Assembly (NCBI GenBank): GCA_965226795.1
Contig: CBDDDZ010000005.1
Span: 1,632,001 to 1,696,000, forward strand
Direction of reading: 5' to 3'
DNA from: Candidatus Latescibacterota bacterium
Lineage (GTDB): Bacteria > Latescibacterota > UBA2968 > GCA-2709665
DNA length: 64,000 bases
Both the position numbers and the translations under genes were made by a program. Positions 8,863-18,776 of this stretch are shown here, one piece after another; positions within the stretch are counted from its first letter, which is position 1, and each line of letters opens with the position of its first letter. The notes under the pieces were generated by a model. It was not told the DNA's origin, searched no databases, and worked only from the letters and a program-made list of their open reading frames with translations.

Positions 8863-10143
8863 TCATTCGGACTTGTAATACAGTGAGTTATAGTACCGTT
8901 CGGCAACGACCTTCCACAGGATATTGACCACGGCCGCGGCGGGTATCGCGATGAGCATTCCGATGAATCCCCAGAAATGGGCGCCGACAACCAGCGCAAA
9001 CATCACCCAAACAGGATGCAGCCCAACGCGTTGCCCAACCACGCGAGGGGACAGGAAATTACCTTCGATGCCCTGCACTACCGCGAATATACCGACAACC
9101 TTGACCAGGTTGCCCGCTGGGTCCACGTCGAGTATCGCAACGAGGCACGCCACGCTGAACGCAACGGCCATTCCGATGTAGGGAATGAGGTTGAACAGCC
9201 CTGCCATAAGACCCAACAAGACGGCGTAGCGGATACCGAATACAAGAAGGCCGGCGGAGGTCAGCAACGCGACAAAACTGCTGACGAGCATCTGCCCGCG
9301 CAGGTATTGGCCCAGAACTTCGTCGACCCTCGACAATAACTCGCCGGCGGATGCGGCGTGCCGGCGGGGAAGTATCCGCGCCAGGGTCTGTTTGATGCGC
9401 TCGTAGTCCTTAATCATATAAAAGGTCACGAAAGGGATCATCAGAAAATTCAGAAGCGTGGCCAGACCGGAACTCAACCCCTTGAGGGCCGCAATGGTCT
9501 GCTCAGCGAAAAGCTCGCCCAGCTGGGGCAATTGTTCCAGGAGCAGCTGGCCCTTGGGAAGTGTCATCCCTAGCGTTTGCAGCCACAAAAGGAACCGATC
9601 GTAGAGATCCTTGAGCATGGCCGTATAGCTGGGAACCTGACGGCCGAAATCAAGGAGTTCATGGGTCACCAAAGGAACGACCACAATGCCGATGCCGGAC
9701 AATACCCCAAGTATGACGACCACCATCAGGGCGATAGCAATCGTGCGGGACATCCAGCGCTCCATAAGGCCAACAAGCGGAGACAGCAAGTAGGCCAACA
9801 CGAACGAGGTTACGAACGGCCAGAATAGCCCTGCCATGTCGCCCATTAGCCAGGCGCCAAACAGCAGAACCACCACCACCGCCACTCCCGCTTCAAACCT
9901 TACCCCCTTTCGCACCATTACCAGTATGGCGAGCAGCAGGAGGCCGATCAGAAACGGAGAAAGTTCCTGGTGAATAACGTAGAGGAAACCTACAAGAAAC
10001 AAGAGAATCGCCATGCGAAAGAAAGGCCTGTCGCCAGACAAGAAGCCGGACGCGAAATCTTCCGATGCGGGGGGCTGACTTTCTGTATCGCGGTTCAAAT
10101 TACCCTCTCTTGACCCCTGTTCGGCCTGTGATTCCGTTCCCAT
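8863..10143 (-). CDS. AI-2E (PerM/UPF0118) family transporter
   Basis: LAYLLSPLV, YLRGQ, NLIPYIG, QGIEGNFLSPRVVG, GLHPVWV, GFIGMLIAIP. Alternative start at 10164. Confidence 0.92.
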   Translation of the reverse strand: MGTESQAEQGSREGNLNRDTESQPPASEDFASGFLSGDRPFFRMAILLFLVGFLYVIHQELSPFLIGLLLLAILVMVRKGVRFEAGVAVVVVLLFGAWLMGDMAGLFWPFVTSFVLAYLLSPLVGLMERWMSRTIAIALMVVVILGVLSGIGIVVVPLVTHELLDFGRQVPSYTAMLKDLYDRFLLWLQTLGMTLPKGQLLLEQLPQLGELFAEQTIAALKGLSSGLATLLNFLMIPFVTFYMIKDYERIKQTLARILPRRHAASAGELLSRVDEVLGQYLRGQMLVSSFVALLTSAGLLVFGIRYAVLLGLMAGLFNLIPYIGMAVAFSVACLVAILDVDPAGNLVKVVGIFAVVQGIEGNFLSPRVVGQRVGLHPVWVMFALVVGAHFWGFIGMLIAIPAAAVVNILWKVVAERYYNSLYYKSE

Positions 10144-10163
10144 ACCATTGCCCTTAAAGGTCA

Positions 10164-11012
10164 CTATTCGGTTTCGACCTGCTTTTCATCCTTCGGCAGA
10201 ACCAGAAACGTCTCTGACTGGATGTCTACGTTGAAAATGCGAAGATAGCGACTGTGATGAAGTCCATTCACTTCCCCGATCAACTCCAGGACTCCATCGC
10301 CGTCAATATCCAAATAGCCCAGACGGTCGCCAAATCCGTCGGCAAAGTACCACTCCATGATTAACGTATCGAGGTCCACGACCACACCCGTATTCAATAC
10401 AACTTCCAGGCCGTAGTCATCGTCGAAATCCGCGATCACCATGCTCTGGGCGTGAATCGATTCTTTAGGGATCACGTCGCTGATGCCCTGCTCGTACTGC
10501 TCCAGACAGTCGTATACATGGATGTGCATCTCGCTATGGCTCAAGCTCTTGACCAGGTAGACGAGTTCCAGTTGAGGATCATCGTCCACATTCGCTATCG
10601 CGACGTGGGTAATATCCTGTTGGATCTGCCATATAAAACTGTAGTCGTCCGCACTGTATAGTACGATGCGCGTGAACGTGTAGGCGACAATTTCGAATTC
10701 CCCGTCCGCATCGACATCTTCCACAAAAACCCCGAGGACGGCGGATCCCAACGGCTCGCTTTTCCACTCCTCGTAGCCGCGTCCATCGACGTATCTTACA
10801 ACATTCAGGCTGCCCCGCGCGTCTCCGTAAACGACCCGCAGGGTTGCCTCGTCTCCCGACGGCAGGATACGAACCTGAGGCATTTCATCGATACTTCCAC
10901 CCCATTGGAATTGCCGGTTGTCACGTAAATGGTACCAGTCCGGGTTCCCGGCCTGGGCCGGCATCTGTGCCGTAAGCCAGAACAACGTGGCTATCCAGAA
11001 GTGGCATTGCAT
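10164..11012 (-). CDS. Secreted FG-GAP/VCBS-repeat beta-propeller protein
   Basis: Signal peptide (AQA); Ca-loop repeats DVDADGEFEIV, NVDDDPQLELV, DFDDDYGLEVV, DIDGDGVLELI. Confidence 0.8.
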   Translation of the reverse strand: MQCHFWIATLFWLTAQMPAQAGNPDWYHLRDNRQFQWGGSIDEMPQVRILPSGDEATLRVVYGDARGSLNVVRYVDGRGYEEWKSEPLGSAVLGVFVEDVDADGEFEIVAYTFTRIVLYSADDYSFIWQIQQDITHVAIANVDDDPQLELVYLVKSLSHSEMHIHVYDCLEQYEQGISDVIPKESIHAQSMVIADFDDDYGLEVVLNTGVVVDLDTLIMEWYFADGFGDRLGYLDIDGDGVLELIGEVNGLHHSRYLRIFNVDIQSETFLVLPKDEKQVETE

Positions 11013-11014
11013 AC

Positions 11015-12169
11015 CTATCGTTCCTCTAACTCGGACAGAATCGAGAAGATCTCACTGTTCGCACGAACCGCTTCTTCACCTTCCGGAACTGTACGATGGT
11101 GACACGCCAGGCACACCTCCCGGAGTTCCAGTTTATGGCAGTTCGTACATTGGTTTACATTGCCGTACGGCGCAAAAAACGGCGCCTCGCGAAGATGAAA
11201 ACCCTCCGCATCGATGCGTCCACCCGGGTTCTGATGACCAACGGTGCTGGATACGCCTTCTCTTTCGTGGCAATCCTGGCAGAACGCCCTCAGTTTGTGG
11301 CAGGAAGCGCAGTCTGCGATCCTTCCGGAGACATCCTCCCCGTGATTTCCTCGAAAATCCGAGGTGATCGAAATGACCTTAATGTATCTTTCGGGCCGTA
11401 AACTCTTGAATTCCCCAATCAGATCCGGCGTGCCGTCGTGATCCACGTCCATGTAACCCATGCGGTCGCATCCGCCGAAGTGCCATTCGAAGTTGAGGGA
11501 TCTTGCATCGATTACGACGCCGGTATTGATGGCGATTTCGAGTTCAGCGTCTTCGTCCAGGTTCGCGATGACCATGCTTTCGCCGATTAGGGTCTGTTCG
11601 CCCCTTCTCTCCTCCGCAAGATGTTTGCCGTCATAGACAAACAATCGGGAGCCATGCTCACCCGAAGCGTCCTCGGCTTCTCCGAGGAAGATTAACTCAA
11701 GCTGCGGGTCTCCATCCAGGTTTGCGATCGCCATTGTCGAGATCGTGGCATACTCGTCATCTTTGCTACGCCATATCAACTTATACGTTTCCGCATTGTA
11801 GATCACAATGTCACCCCAATGCGAATACGCGACAATCTCAAGGAGACCGTCTGCATTGACATCCGCTACAAATACCTGTGCCACAGATGATTTAAGGGAT
11901 TGGCTAACCCAGACCTCTGAGGATCGCCCCTCCCTGAACTCGAGCACGTGCAACTGGCCCTGGCGGTCTCCGTAAACCAGACGCCTGGCGGTGTGGGCTT
12001 CAGATGGAATGATCCGAACGGTACGCATTTCGGAAAGGGCGCCGCCGAAGGAAACATCTTTACTCTTCGCCCATCGGAACCATTCCAGATCTCCTGCGTG
12101 CGCAAGCGTCAATCCCGCGCACAAGCAAGCCAACACCCAGAATACATTTCGAACAAGCAAGTCCCTCAC
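11015..12169 (-). CDS. Secreted FG-GAP-repeat protein with a C-terminal tetraheme cytochrome c domain
   Basis: Signal peptide (AHA); repeats DVNADGLLEIV, NLDGDPQLELI, NLDEDAELEIA, DVDHDGTPDLI; then CASCH, CQDCH, CTNCH, CLACH. Confidence 0.82.
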   Translation of the reverse strand: MRDLLVRNVFWVLACLCAGLTLAHAGDLEWFRWAKSKDVSFGGALSEMRTVRIIPSEAHTARRLVYGDRQGQLHVLEFREGRSSEVWVSQSLKSSVAQVFVADVNADGLLEIVAYSHWGDIVIYNAETYKLIWRSKDDEYATISTMAIANLDGDPQLELIFLGEAEDASGEHGSRLFVYDGKHLAEERRGEQTLIGESMVIANLDEDAELEIAINTGVVIDARSLNFEWHFGGCDRMGYMDVDHDGTPDLIGEFKSLRPERYIKVISITSDFRGNHGEDVSGRIADCASCHKLRAFCQDCHEREGVSSTVGHQNPGGRIDAEGFHLREAPFFAPYGNVNQCTNCHKLELREVCLACHHRTVPEGEEAVRANSEIFSILSELEER

Positions 12170-12182
12170 GCCGAACCCCCGC

Positions 12183-13088
12183 TCAGAACAGACTGAGATC
12201 AACATTGAGATAGCGTTTCGGGTCCTTTTTGATTTCTTCGATCAGGCTGTCCACCGAGGTGAGCGTACGCTGCAGATCCAAATACAACCGTTCGTCGTGA
12301 ATCAGGCGGCCCAGCGTCCCTTCACCGCGGCTCAGTTTTCCGCTCACTTCGTTCAGATTGGATAGTGACTTCCCGAGCGATTCCAACGCCGTCTCCATAT
12401 TGCGCGCTACCCCATCCAACCTTTCGGTCGCGCGCCGCATGTTTTCGACAACCTGCCGCATGTCCGACCGGTTCTCGCCCAGCATGCCCCGTGCGTCGCG
12501 CGTGGCCACGGCCGCGGTATCCAGCACGGCTGTGAGGGTCTCGCGGTTCTCTGAAAGGGTCTGTTTCAGATGCACGGCCGAACTATCCATATTCGCCAGC
12601 AAGGCCTCTACGTGCGTGAGATTCCTATCGGCAAGCACCGCTTCCATGCGCTCCGCCAGCGAACTGGCATGTTCTGCCATCTCTTCAATGCCACCTCCCG
12701 ACAACCCCTGCAGCGTGTCGTGGTCGGCATAAACCCTATCGGAGTCCGATCCCACCTGTACGTCGATCAATTTGCCCCCCAGCAATCCCTCCGCCTGCAA
12801 AAAAACCTTCGAATCCCGGGGAAGGTTTCGAAATTCCGCAAAGCCGATACTTACAAGGGGCAACCCTTGCGTAAGTCTGATTTCAAGCACCTTGCCGGCC
12901 CAGACCCCCCGGATGAACACAGGGTCGCCGGGTTGCAACCCCGGTACGCTTTCGAAAAAAACATGCAACTGATATCCGCCGGCAGCCCCGGCGTAGTTCT
13001 CTGACAACCAGGCCGCACCGAGGACCGCAATCGCAATCGCCAGAAAAATGACGGCGCCCAGAACCATCTGTTTTTCTCGGCTGATCAT
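12183..13088 (-). CDS. mlaD: MCE/MlaD family protein with a long helical C-terminus
   Basis: N-terminal TM, GLQPGDPVFIRGV, GLLGGKLI, GEGTLGRLIHDERLY, IKKDPKRY. Confidence 0.9.
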   Translation of the reverse strand: MISREKQMVLGAVIFLAIAIAVLGAAWLSENYAGAAGGYQLHVFFESVPGLQPGDPVFIRGVWAGKVLEIRLTQGLPLVSIGFAEFRNLPRDSKVFLQAEGLLGGKLIDVQVGSDSDRVYADHDTLQGLSGGGIEEMAEHASSLAERMEAVLADRNLTHVEALLANMDSSAVHLKQTLSENRETLTAVLDTAAVATRDARGMLGENRSDMRQVVENMRRATERLDGVARNMETALESLGKSLSNLNEVSGKLSRGEGTLGRLIHDERLYLDLQRTLTSVDSLIEEIKKDPKRYLNVDLSLF

Positions 13089-13100
13089 TCGTCACCTACT

Positions 13101-13856
13101 TCAGATTTTTCCGTGAACGAACATGTCATAGATATCGTTTCCGCTCCTCCCAATTTCCTCGGGAGTCCCTTGAATGGCTGTTTTTCCGTTGTAGAGCAGG
13201 GCAATCCTGTCCGAAATCCTGCGGGCAAGCGGCAGATCGTGGGTAACCACAACCGAAGTTACGTCCAGCTCATTTTGAAGTTTTAATATATAGTCACCCA
13301 CTACAGTGGCCGTGCCCGGGTCGAGGCCCGTGGTTGGCTCGTCATAAAGGATAAAATCCGGTGACATTGCAATTGCCCTCGCCAGTGCCGCACGCTTCCG
13401 CATACCGCCCGACAGTTCGACGGGCATCGTCAGCTCCGTCCCGGAGAGCCGAACGGCTTCAAGGCATACCCTGACCCGTTCTCCAATCTCGTGCTCCGAC
13501 ATTCGGGTATGCATACGCAGCCCGAATGCCACGTTCTCCTTTACATTCATTGAATCGAACAGCGCCGCGGACTGAAACAGCACGCCGATACGCTTTCGCA
13601 GTTCCTTTAGGTCATTCTTCCGGATGGTATTCATATCGTGGCCGGCCACCGTCACACGTCCGTGGTCTGGCTGTTCGATGCCGATAATATGTTTGAGCGT
13701 CACGCTCTTGCCGCATCCGCTGGGTCCCAGAATGGTGGTGACTTCTCCCCAGCGGATCTCCAGATCCATCCCTTTCAGCACTTCCAATTCATCGAATCGC
13801 TTGTACACAGCTTCGAATTTTACGGCAGCGCCATTCTTTGACAATTTTCTTCCCAT
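13101..13856 (-). CDS. mlaF: MlaF/Mkl ABC ATPase
   Basis: GPSGCGKS, FQSAALFDS, ELSGGMRKRAALARA, LYDEPTTGLDP. Confidence 0.93.
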   Translation of the reverse strand: MGRKLSKNGAAVKFEAVYKRFDELEVLKGMDLEIRWGEVTTILGPSGCGKSVTLKHIIGIEQPDHGRVTVAGHDMNTIRKNDLKELRKRIGVLFQSAALFDSMNVKENVAFGLRMHTRMSEHEIGERVRVCLEAVRLSGTELTMPVELSGGMRKRAALARAIAMSPDFILYDEPTTGLDPGTATVVGDYILKLQNELDVTSVVVTHDLPLARRISDRIALLYNGKTAIQGTPEEIGRSGNDIYDMFVHGKI

Positions 13857-13911
13857 TTACCGAAACCCCAGGACGGGAGGACCCACATTCGAAGAGGAGG
13901 ACAAAACGGTT

Positions 13912-14739
13912 TCAATAAAGCAATGTTTTGGTCAGGAAGTAGTCGAGAATCAATATTGAGGCCGCAGAGATCACCACCGCCGCCGTCGCCGCACGGCCCA
14001 CCCCCTGCGCCCCACCCGATGCCGACAGTCCGGCGTAAGAACCGTAGAAGGTGATCAACCCCCCGTAAACCACGGACTTGATCAGGCATACCACGAGATC
14101 GTACGCGCTGAAATCCAGCTTCATTCCCTTCACAAAATCCGCAACCGTTATATCCATTAGAAAAATAGACATCACATAACCGGCATAGATCGACGTGAAG
14201 GCAGAGAATACCACAAGCACGGGAATCATTAAGATGCCGGCGAGAACCCGCGGCATGAGGAGGTAACCGACCGGATCCACTGCGAGGGAAACCAGCGCAT
14301 CCACCTGTTCAGAAACCTTCATTGTACCCACTTCAGATGCAATGCCCGCACCCACCTGACCCGCCAAAACCAGCCCCATGAGAATCGGCGCCAGTTCCAG
14401 CAGCACGGAGCGGACAACGATGCTGCCCACCATATAGTCCGGTACGTAGTCCTCCATCTGGTAGGCCATCATTGTGGATACGGCCATTCCACTGAACGCC
14501 GAAACAAGGATGACCAGAGACAACGAATTCACACCAACTGAGTAACATTGTTCGACGATCTGCCGCCGGTAGAAGTAGACGTTTGGCAATTCGCCAAGAA
14601 GCCGCCGAAAATACCCGTACATCGAATGGGTCAGCAGCAGAAAGCGGGCCGTTTTCAGGCCCATGAATTCCAACAATCGTTTCACGGGGTTATCCCGGCG
14701 AAAGATCGACGACCATTTGCGACCGCTCGCGGGCATCAC
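13912..14739 (-). CDS. mlaE: MlaE family permease
   Basis: ELAPILMGLVLAGQVGAGIASEVGTMKVSEQVDAL, PRVLAG, GAQGVGRAAT. Confidence 0.93.
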   Translation of the reverse strand: MMPASGRKWSSIFRRDNPVKRLLEFMGLKTARFLLLTHSMYGYFRRLLGELPNVYFYRRQIVEQCYSVGVNSLSLVILVSAFSGMAVSTMMAYQMEDYVPDYMVGSIVVRSVLLELAPILMGLVLAGQVGAGIASEVGTMKVSEQVDALVSLAVDPVGYLLMPRVLAGILMIPVLVVFSAFTSIYAGYVMSIFLMDITVADFVKGMKLDFSAYDLVVCLIKSVVYGGLITFYGSYAGLSASGGAQGVGRAATAAVVISAASILILDYFLTKTLLY

Positions 14740-15129
14740 CCGGAGTCAGCGGCGCAAGAGGCATATGCGGTCGTAATGGCGCAAAGGCGAAACCCAAATA
14801 CCACGGTGCGATTCCGCCCACGGACACGCTGGTTGAAACGCGACCATGGACGTTCGAACCTCGAAACCACATACGAACGCTCACGGGGCGGAGGGTTTGA
14901 TCAACCCGATTCGGGATTTCGTGGCAGAGCCATCCTGGAGACGATCGGGCATCTCGAAATGGCGGCAATCAGTACCGTCTACCTATAGTGCGAGCCCCGA
15001 CGCGATCCATAACCGGAATCACTCTCAATTTAACCATTAAGTTCGGTTGGATCAACGACTTTGTACTTGTCTTGCACTGCCGGTTCCTCAGCTCAACCGA
15101 CGCGCCGTATCGGTTTCGGTACCAGCAAC

Positions 15130-15161
15130 AAAAATGCGGGCGAGGAAAACCCCCTACCCGC
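15130..15161 (-). terminator. Terminator after the sigma factor gene
   Basis: GCGGG...CCCGC stem followed by ATTTTT. Confidence 0.6.
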
Positions 15162-15189
15162 GTGTTCTGGCGCCTACGCCGATGCGACA

Positions 15190-16107
15190 TCAGACCTGAT
15201 CCTGCCAGGACTCCTCGGCACGCACCCGTTGCTTGAAATATCGGCGCAGTTTGCCCAGGGCGCGATTTCGGATCTGGCGTACACGTTCCCGCGTGACACC
15301 CAGTTCGCTGCCGATCTCGCCCAGTGTCCTTCGATCTCCGCCTTCCAGGCCGAAATAGGACCGGATGACGTTTGCCTCCCTGGCGTCGAGACTACCCGCG
15401 AGGGAGGCGTTGATCAGTTCGGTGCGGTCTCTTTCCAGAACCTCCAGATCCGGGTGGGCTTCATCGCAGTCGAGCACCTGCAACAGGCTTTTTTCTCCTT
15501 CTGCGTCGATGGGAGATTCGAGGGAGAGATCCGACCGAGCGCACCGAAGCGCGCGTTCCGCGCGCTTTCGACTTATCTTCATATCATTCGCCACCTCGTC
15601 CACCGTGGGCACCCGCCCCAGTTCCTGGGTCATCTGTCCCCACCGCCGGGCCATGCGATCCATATCCTCCTGCCGGTTGGCCGGCATGGACACCGCGGAA
15701 GTACGTTTCAACGCATTCAATATCGCCTGGCGTATCCACCAGACGGCGTAGCTGATGAATTTGTACCCCCGGGTTTCGTCAAACCGGTTCAGCGCTTCCA
15801 TCAACCCCATGTTGCCTTCGGCGATCAGATCGGAAAGTGGCACCCCGCGTCCCTGGTACTCGAGGGCGACGCTCACGACAAAACGCAGATTGGAGGTGAC
15901 TAGCCGATCGATCGCCTTTGGATCGCCCTTACGGGCCCGCGTGAGGGTATCCGTCTCCTCTTTGCGCGTCATGGGCGGATATCGGCGAAGTTCCTTCAGA
16001 TATCGCTGTACGGAGGCGTCGTGAGGAAGACGCTTCCTGGTGGGTTCCTGGAAGTCCACGGCGGATAACAACCCCTTTGCTGCCATGAAGCCGCCGACCA
16101 ATTTCAC
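15190..16107 (-). CDS. RpoD/SigA-family sigma factor, short form lacking region 1.1
   Basis: NLRFVVSVA, DLIAEGNMGL, KFISYAVWWIRQAI, GVTRERVRQI. Confidence 0.93.
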   Translation of the reverse strand: MKLVGGFMAAKGLLSAVDFQEPTRKRLPHDASVQRYLKELRRYPPMTRKEETDTLTRARKGDPKAIDRLVTSNLRFVVSVALEYQGRGVPLSDLIAEGNMGLMEALNRFDETRGYKFISYAVWWIRQAILNALKRTSAVSMPANRQEDMDRMARRWGQMTQELGRVPTVDEVANDMKISRKRAERALRCARSDLSLESPIDAEGEKSLLQVLDCDEAHPDLEVLERDRTELINASLAGSLDAREANVIRSYFGLEGGDRRTLGEIGSELGVTRERVRQIRNRALGKLRRYFKQRVRAEESWQDQV

Positions 16108-16273
16108 CGGCGTTTCCGGATAGGATATGGAGCGACGTACGCTTGGAACGATTTGGGATCACGAAAGTTCCACTTTCTTCAGGTCCTCCACACGGGTCGG
16201 GTACCACGACCATTCCGTACCGGGGGATCGGGTTCGGAGTTTCATATCCCGAATTTCCACGAGGCACGGATTG

Positions 16274-16308
16274 AAAAAAAGCGAGCCGTCGAATACCCAA
16301 CGGCTCGC
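16274..16308 (-). terminator. Terminator after tRNA-Arg
   Basis: GCGAGCCGT-N10-ACGGCTCGC followed by T7. Confidence 0.85.
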
Positions 16309-16320
16309 CTTCAACAGGCA

Positions 16321-16398
16321 TGGTGGGACATACAGGATTCGAACCTGTGACCTCTGGTTCCGGAGACCAGCGCTCTATCCAGACTGAGCTAATGCCCC
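16321..16398 (-). tRNA. tRNA-Arg(CCG)
   Basis: Cloverleaf; anticodon arm CTGGT-CTCCGGA-ACCAG; GGTTCGAATCC; CCA end. Confidence 0.97.
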
Positions 16399-16417
16399 CG
16401 CACGATTTTGGAAACGG

Positions 16418-16507
16418 TCAGGCATTCTTGTGGCGATCTCTTCTGCGACGCTTCTTGCGCTTGTGAGTCGCGATCTTGTGGCGCTTTCGTTTTCTTCCGC
16501 AGGGCAA
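16418..16507 (-). CDS. 30S ribosomal protein bS22 (AURKAIP1/COX24-domain family), 29 aa
   Basis: Below the ORF-track cutoff. TTG start with AGGAGGAG SD; MPCGRKRKRHKIATHKRKKRRRRDRHKNA. Confidence 0.88.
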   Translation of the reverse strand: MPCGRKRKRHKIATHKRKKRRRRDRHKNA

Positions 16508-16560
16508 GTAATACTCCTCCTGGTGACAACTATCGATGGTGCGGAACGGGTTCTGACCGG

Positions 16561-16839
16561 CTATTCTCCCGTGAGGCCTGCCCGCAATTCCCTGGAAGGC
16601 TTGAAAACCGGCGCAGGGCGTTCCGGAATTTGAACAACGTCGCCTGTTTTTGGGTTTCGCCCTATCCGGGGCGCCCGGGTCACGACCTTAAACGTCCCAA
16701 ACCCTCGAATTTCGATGTGCTCGCCATGTTGCAATGCCGCCACAACCGAGTCGAGGAAACCCTCCACGACAGCCGCCGTATCCGATTTCGGCAACCCCGT
16801 GGCCTCTGCAATCTGATTGACGATATCGGCTTTGGTCAC
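16561..16839 (-). CDS. hup: HU/IHF family DNA-binding protein
   Basis: MTKADIV, IRGFGTF, RIGRNPKTG, PVFKPS. Confidence 0.93.
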   Translation of the reverse strand: MTKADIVNQIAEATGLPKSDTAAVVEGFLDSVVAALQHGEHIEIRGFGTFKVVTRAPRIGRNPKTGDVVQIPERPAPVFKPSRELRAGLTGE

Positions 16840-16911
16840 CGAATCCCCTTTCGAAACTGGCTTGTGACTCAACGAATAACCGACCGGTCGAATTGGTTCG
16901 GACAAGCGGAA

Positions 16912-16940
16912 AGGATATACAAATGGAGACGTTTTGTCAA
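16912..16940 (-). promoter_or_regulatory. Sigma-70 promoter for hup-bS22-tRNA-Arg
   Basis: TTGACA-N17-TATCCT. Confidence 0.65.
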
Positions 16941-16951
16941 CAAAAAACAGC

Positions 16952-18736
16952 TTACCCGTGCCCGCCGCCGATGTATTGAAGTTGGTGGAGCCGGTGATAG
17001 ATGCCCCTTCGCGCCAACAGGGCTTCGTGTGTACCCGCTTCTCGAATTTCGCCTTTGTGAAGGACCAAAATCCGGTGGGCGCTCCGCACGGTTGAAATTC
17101 GATGCGCGATTACGATGGAAGTCCTCGATCGCATCAGTCTGCCCACCGCATCCTGAATCCAGGCCTCCGTTTCGGTGTCTACGCTGGACGTGGCTTCGTC
17201 CAGAACCAGAATATCGGGTTCAAATGCGATCGTCCGGGCAAAGGCCAGCAACTGGCGCTGTCCACCAGACAGTGTGCCGCCCCTTTCCGTGACGGCATGC
17301 CCGTATCCTGCGGGCAGGCGTCTGATAAACCGCTCCGCGTTTACGTCCCGCGCGGCCTGTTCGACTTTCTGCTGTGAGATCCGGGCGTTTCTCAGGCGGA
17401 TATTCGCTCTAATGTCCCCTGAGAACAAAAACACATCCTGTTGGACGACGCCAACGCGTCGCCTTAAAGCGTCGACGTCCCATTCCCGTATGTCGACCCC
17501 GTCAATTCGAATCCGCCCGCGTTGAACGTCATAAAATCTGCACAGCAGGTTGATTATGGTCGTCTTTCCGGAACCTGTCGCGCCGACAATGGCCAGCCGT
17601 TCCCCGGGTTTCACAAGGAACGAGACGTTTTTCAGTACCCATTCATCCTCGTTGTAGGCAAACCAGACGTTTGAGAATTCTATCTCGCCCCTGATCTTTT
17701 CCGGCCCTGCCTTACCAAGGCCGGGCTCCGGCTCTGTATCCAGGAGTTCAAATATCCGCTCTGACGACGCCATCGCCGCCTGCAGGATCGCGTACCGTTC
17801 AGCGACATCCAGAATGGGCCAGAAGAACCGCGGGATGTACTGCAGCATGGCGATCAGCGCGCCCCACTCGATCTGAGACCGGATCACTTCGTTGCTACCC
17901 TGCCAGATTACGAGCGCCGTGGCCACGGAGCCAAGCAACTGCATTATCGGAAAATAAAGCGAATAATAAAGCGTCGACTCCAGATTTGCGTTCAGGTATC
18001 GGCCGTTGATCCCGTCAAACCGATCCGCATGACGGCCTTCACGACCGAAAATCTGCACCACCGACATACCCGTGATGTTTTCCTGCAAATAGGCGTTCAA
18101 ACGTGCCAACCGGCTGCGTGCGAGGCGAAAAGCGCGCAACATGCGACCTTGGAACCAGAATGTTACGCCAAACATTACGGGCACCGTCGCGCAGACCAGC
18201 AGCGCCAGTGAAGCGTCCATGTAGAACATATACGCCATAATCGCGATCAGCGTGAAGATATCGCTGAACACGGCCACCACCCCATCCGTAAACAACTCGT
18301 TGAGCGCATCCACGTCGTTGGTGTTGCGGGTCATCAGGCGGCCAATGGGCGTGCGGTCGAAGAATCGTATGGGCAACCGCTGAAGATGCGCAAAAATCGC
18401 TTTTCGGATATCGTACATCACCCACTGTCCAACCATCTGGGTGACCATCCTCTGAGCCACGTCGGCCAGGAACTGAAACACAAGCAGCCCAACAAACACC
18501 AGCACGATCCGGTTCAGGCCCGCCAAGTCTCCCCGAAGGATATGGTCGTCCACGGCAATCTTGCTCAAATAGGGACCGGCCTGCCTGGCTCCCGACGTCA
18601 AGAGAATCAGAACAAAGGCCACAGTCACCCAGAGCGAATATGGCTTGAGATAACCCAGAAGGCGCCACATCAGCCGCGCATCGAACGGCTTCTGGGTTAC
18701 CTCTTCTTCGTGCATATCAGGGGTCGGATCAGGCAT
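16952..18736 (-). CDS. ABC exporter TMD+NBD subunit (MdlB/YheH-like)
   Basis: TM domain, GATGSGKT, LSGGQRQL, ILVLDEAT. Confidence 0.93.
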   Translation of the reverse strand: MPDPTPDMHEEEVTQKPFDARLMWRLLGYLKPYSLWVTVAFVLILLTSGARQAGPYLSKIAVDDHILRGDLAGLNRIVLVFVGLLVFQFLADVAQRMVTQMVGQWVMYDIRKAIFAHLQRLPIRFFDRTPIGRLMTRNTNDVDALNELFTDGVVAVFSDIFTLIAIMAYMFYMDASLALLVCATVPVMFGVTFWFQGRMLRAFRLARSRLARLNAYLQENITGMSVVQIFGREGRHADRFDGINGRYLNANLESTLYYSLYFPIMQLLGSVATALVIWQGSNEVIRSQIEWGALIAMLQYIPRFFWPILDVAERYAILQAAMASSERIFELLDTEPEPGLGKAGPEKIRGEIEFSNVWFAYNEDEWVLKNVSFLVKPGERLAIVGATGSGKTTIINLLCRFYDVQRGRIRIDGVDIREWDVDALRRRVGVVQQDVFLFSGDIRANIRLRNARISQQKVEQAARDVNAERFIRRLPAGYGHAVTERGGTLSGGQRQLLAFARTIAFEPDILVLDEATSSVDTETEAWIQDAVGRLMRSRTSIVIAHRISTVRSAHRILVLHKGEIREAGTHEALLARRGIYHRLHQLQYIGGGHG

Positions 18737-18776
18737 TCAGGGTTCATTCTCCCCGGCAGCTGCGGATTCCGTCGGT

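Noticed and set aside
14740..15130. 6S RNA or other ncRNA between the sigma gene and mlaE
   Set aside because: I could not identify a long closing stem or a conserved motif.
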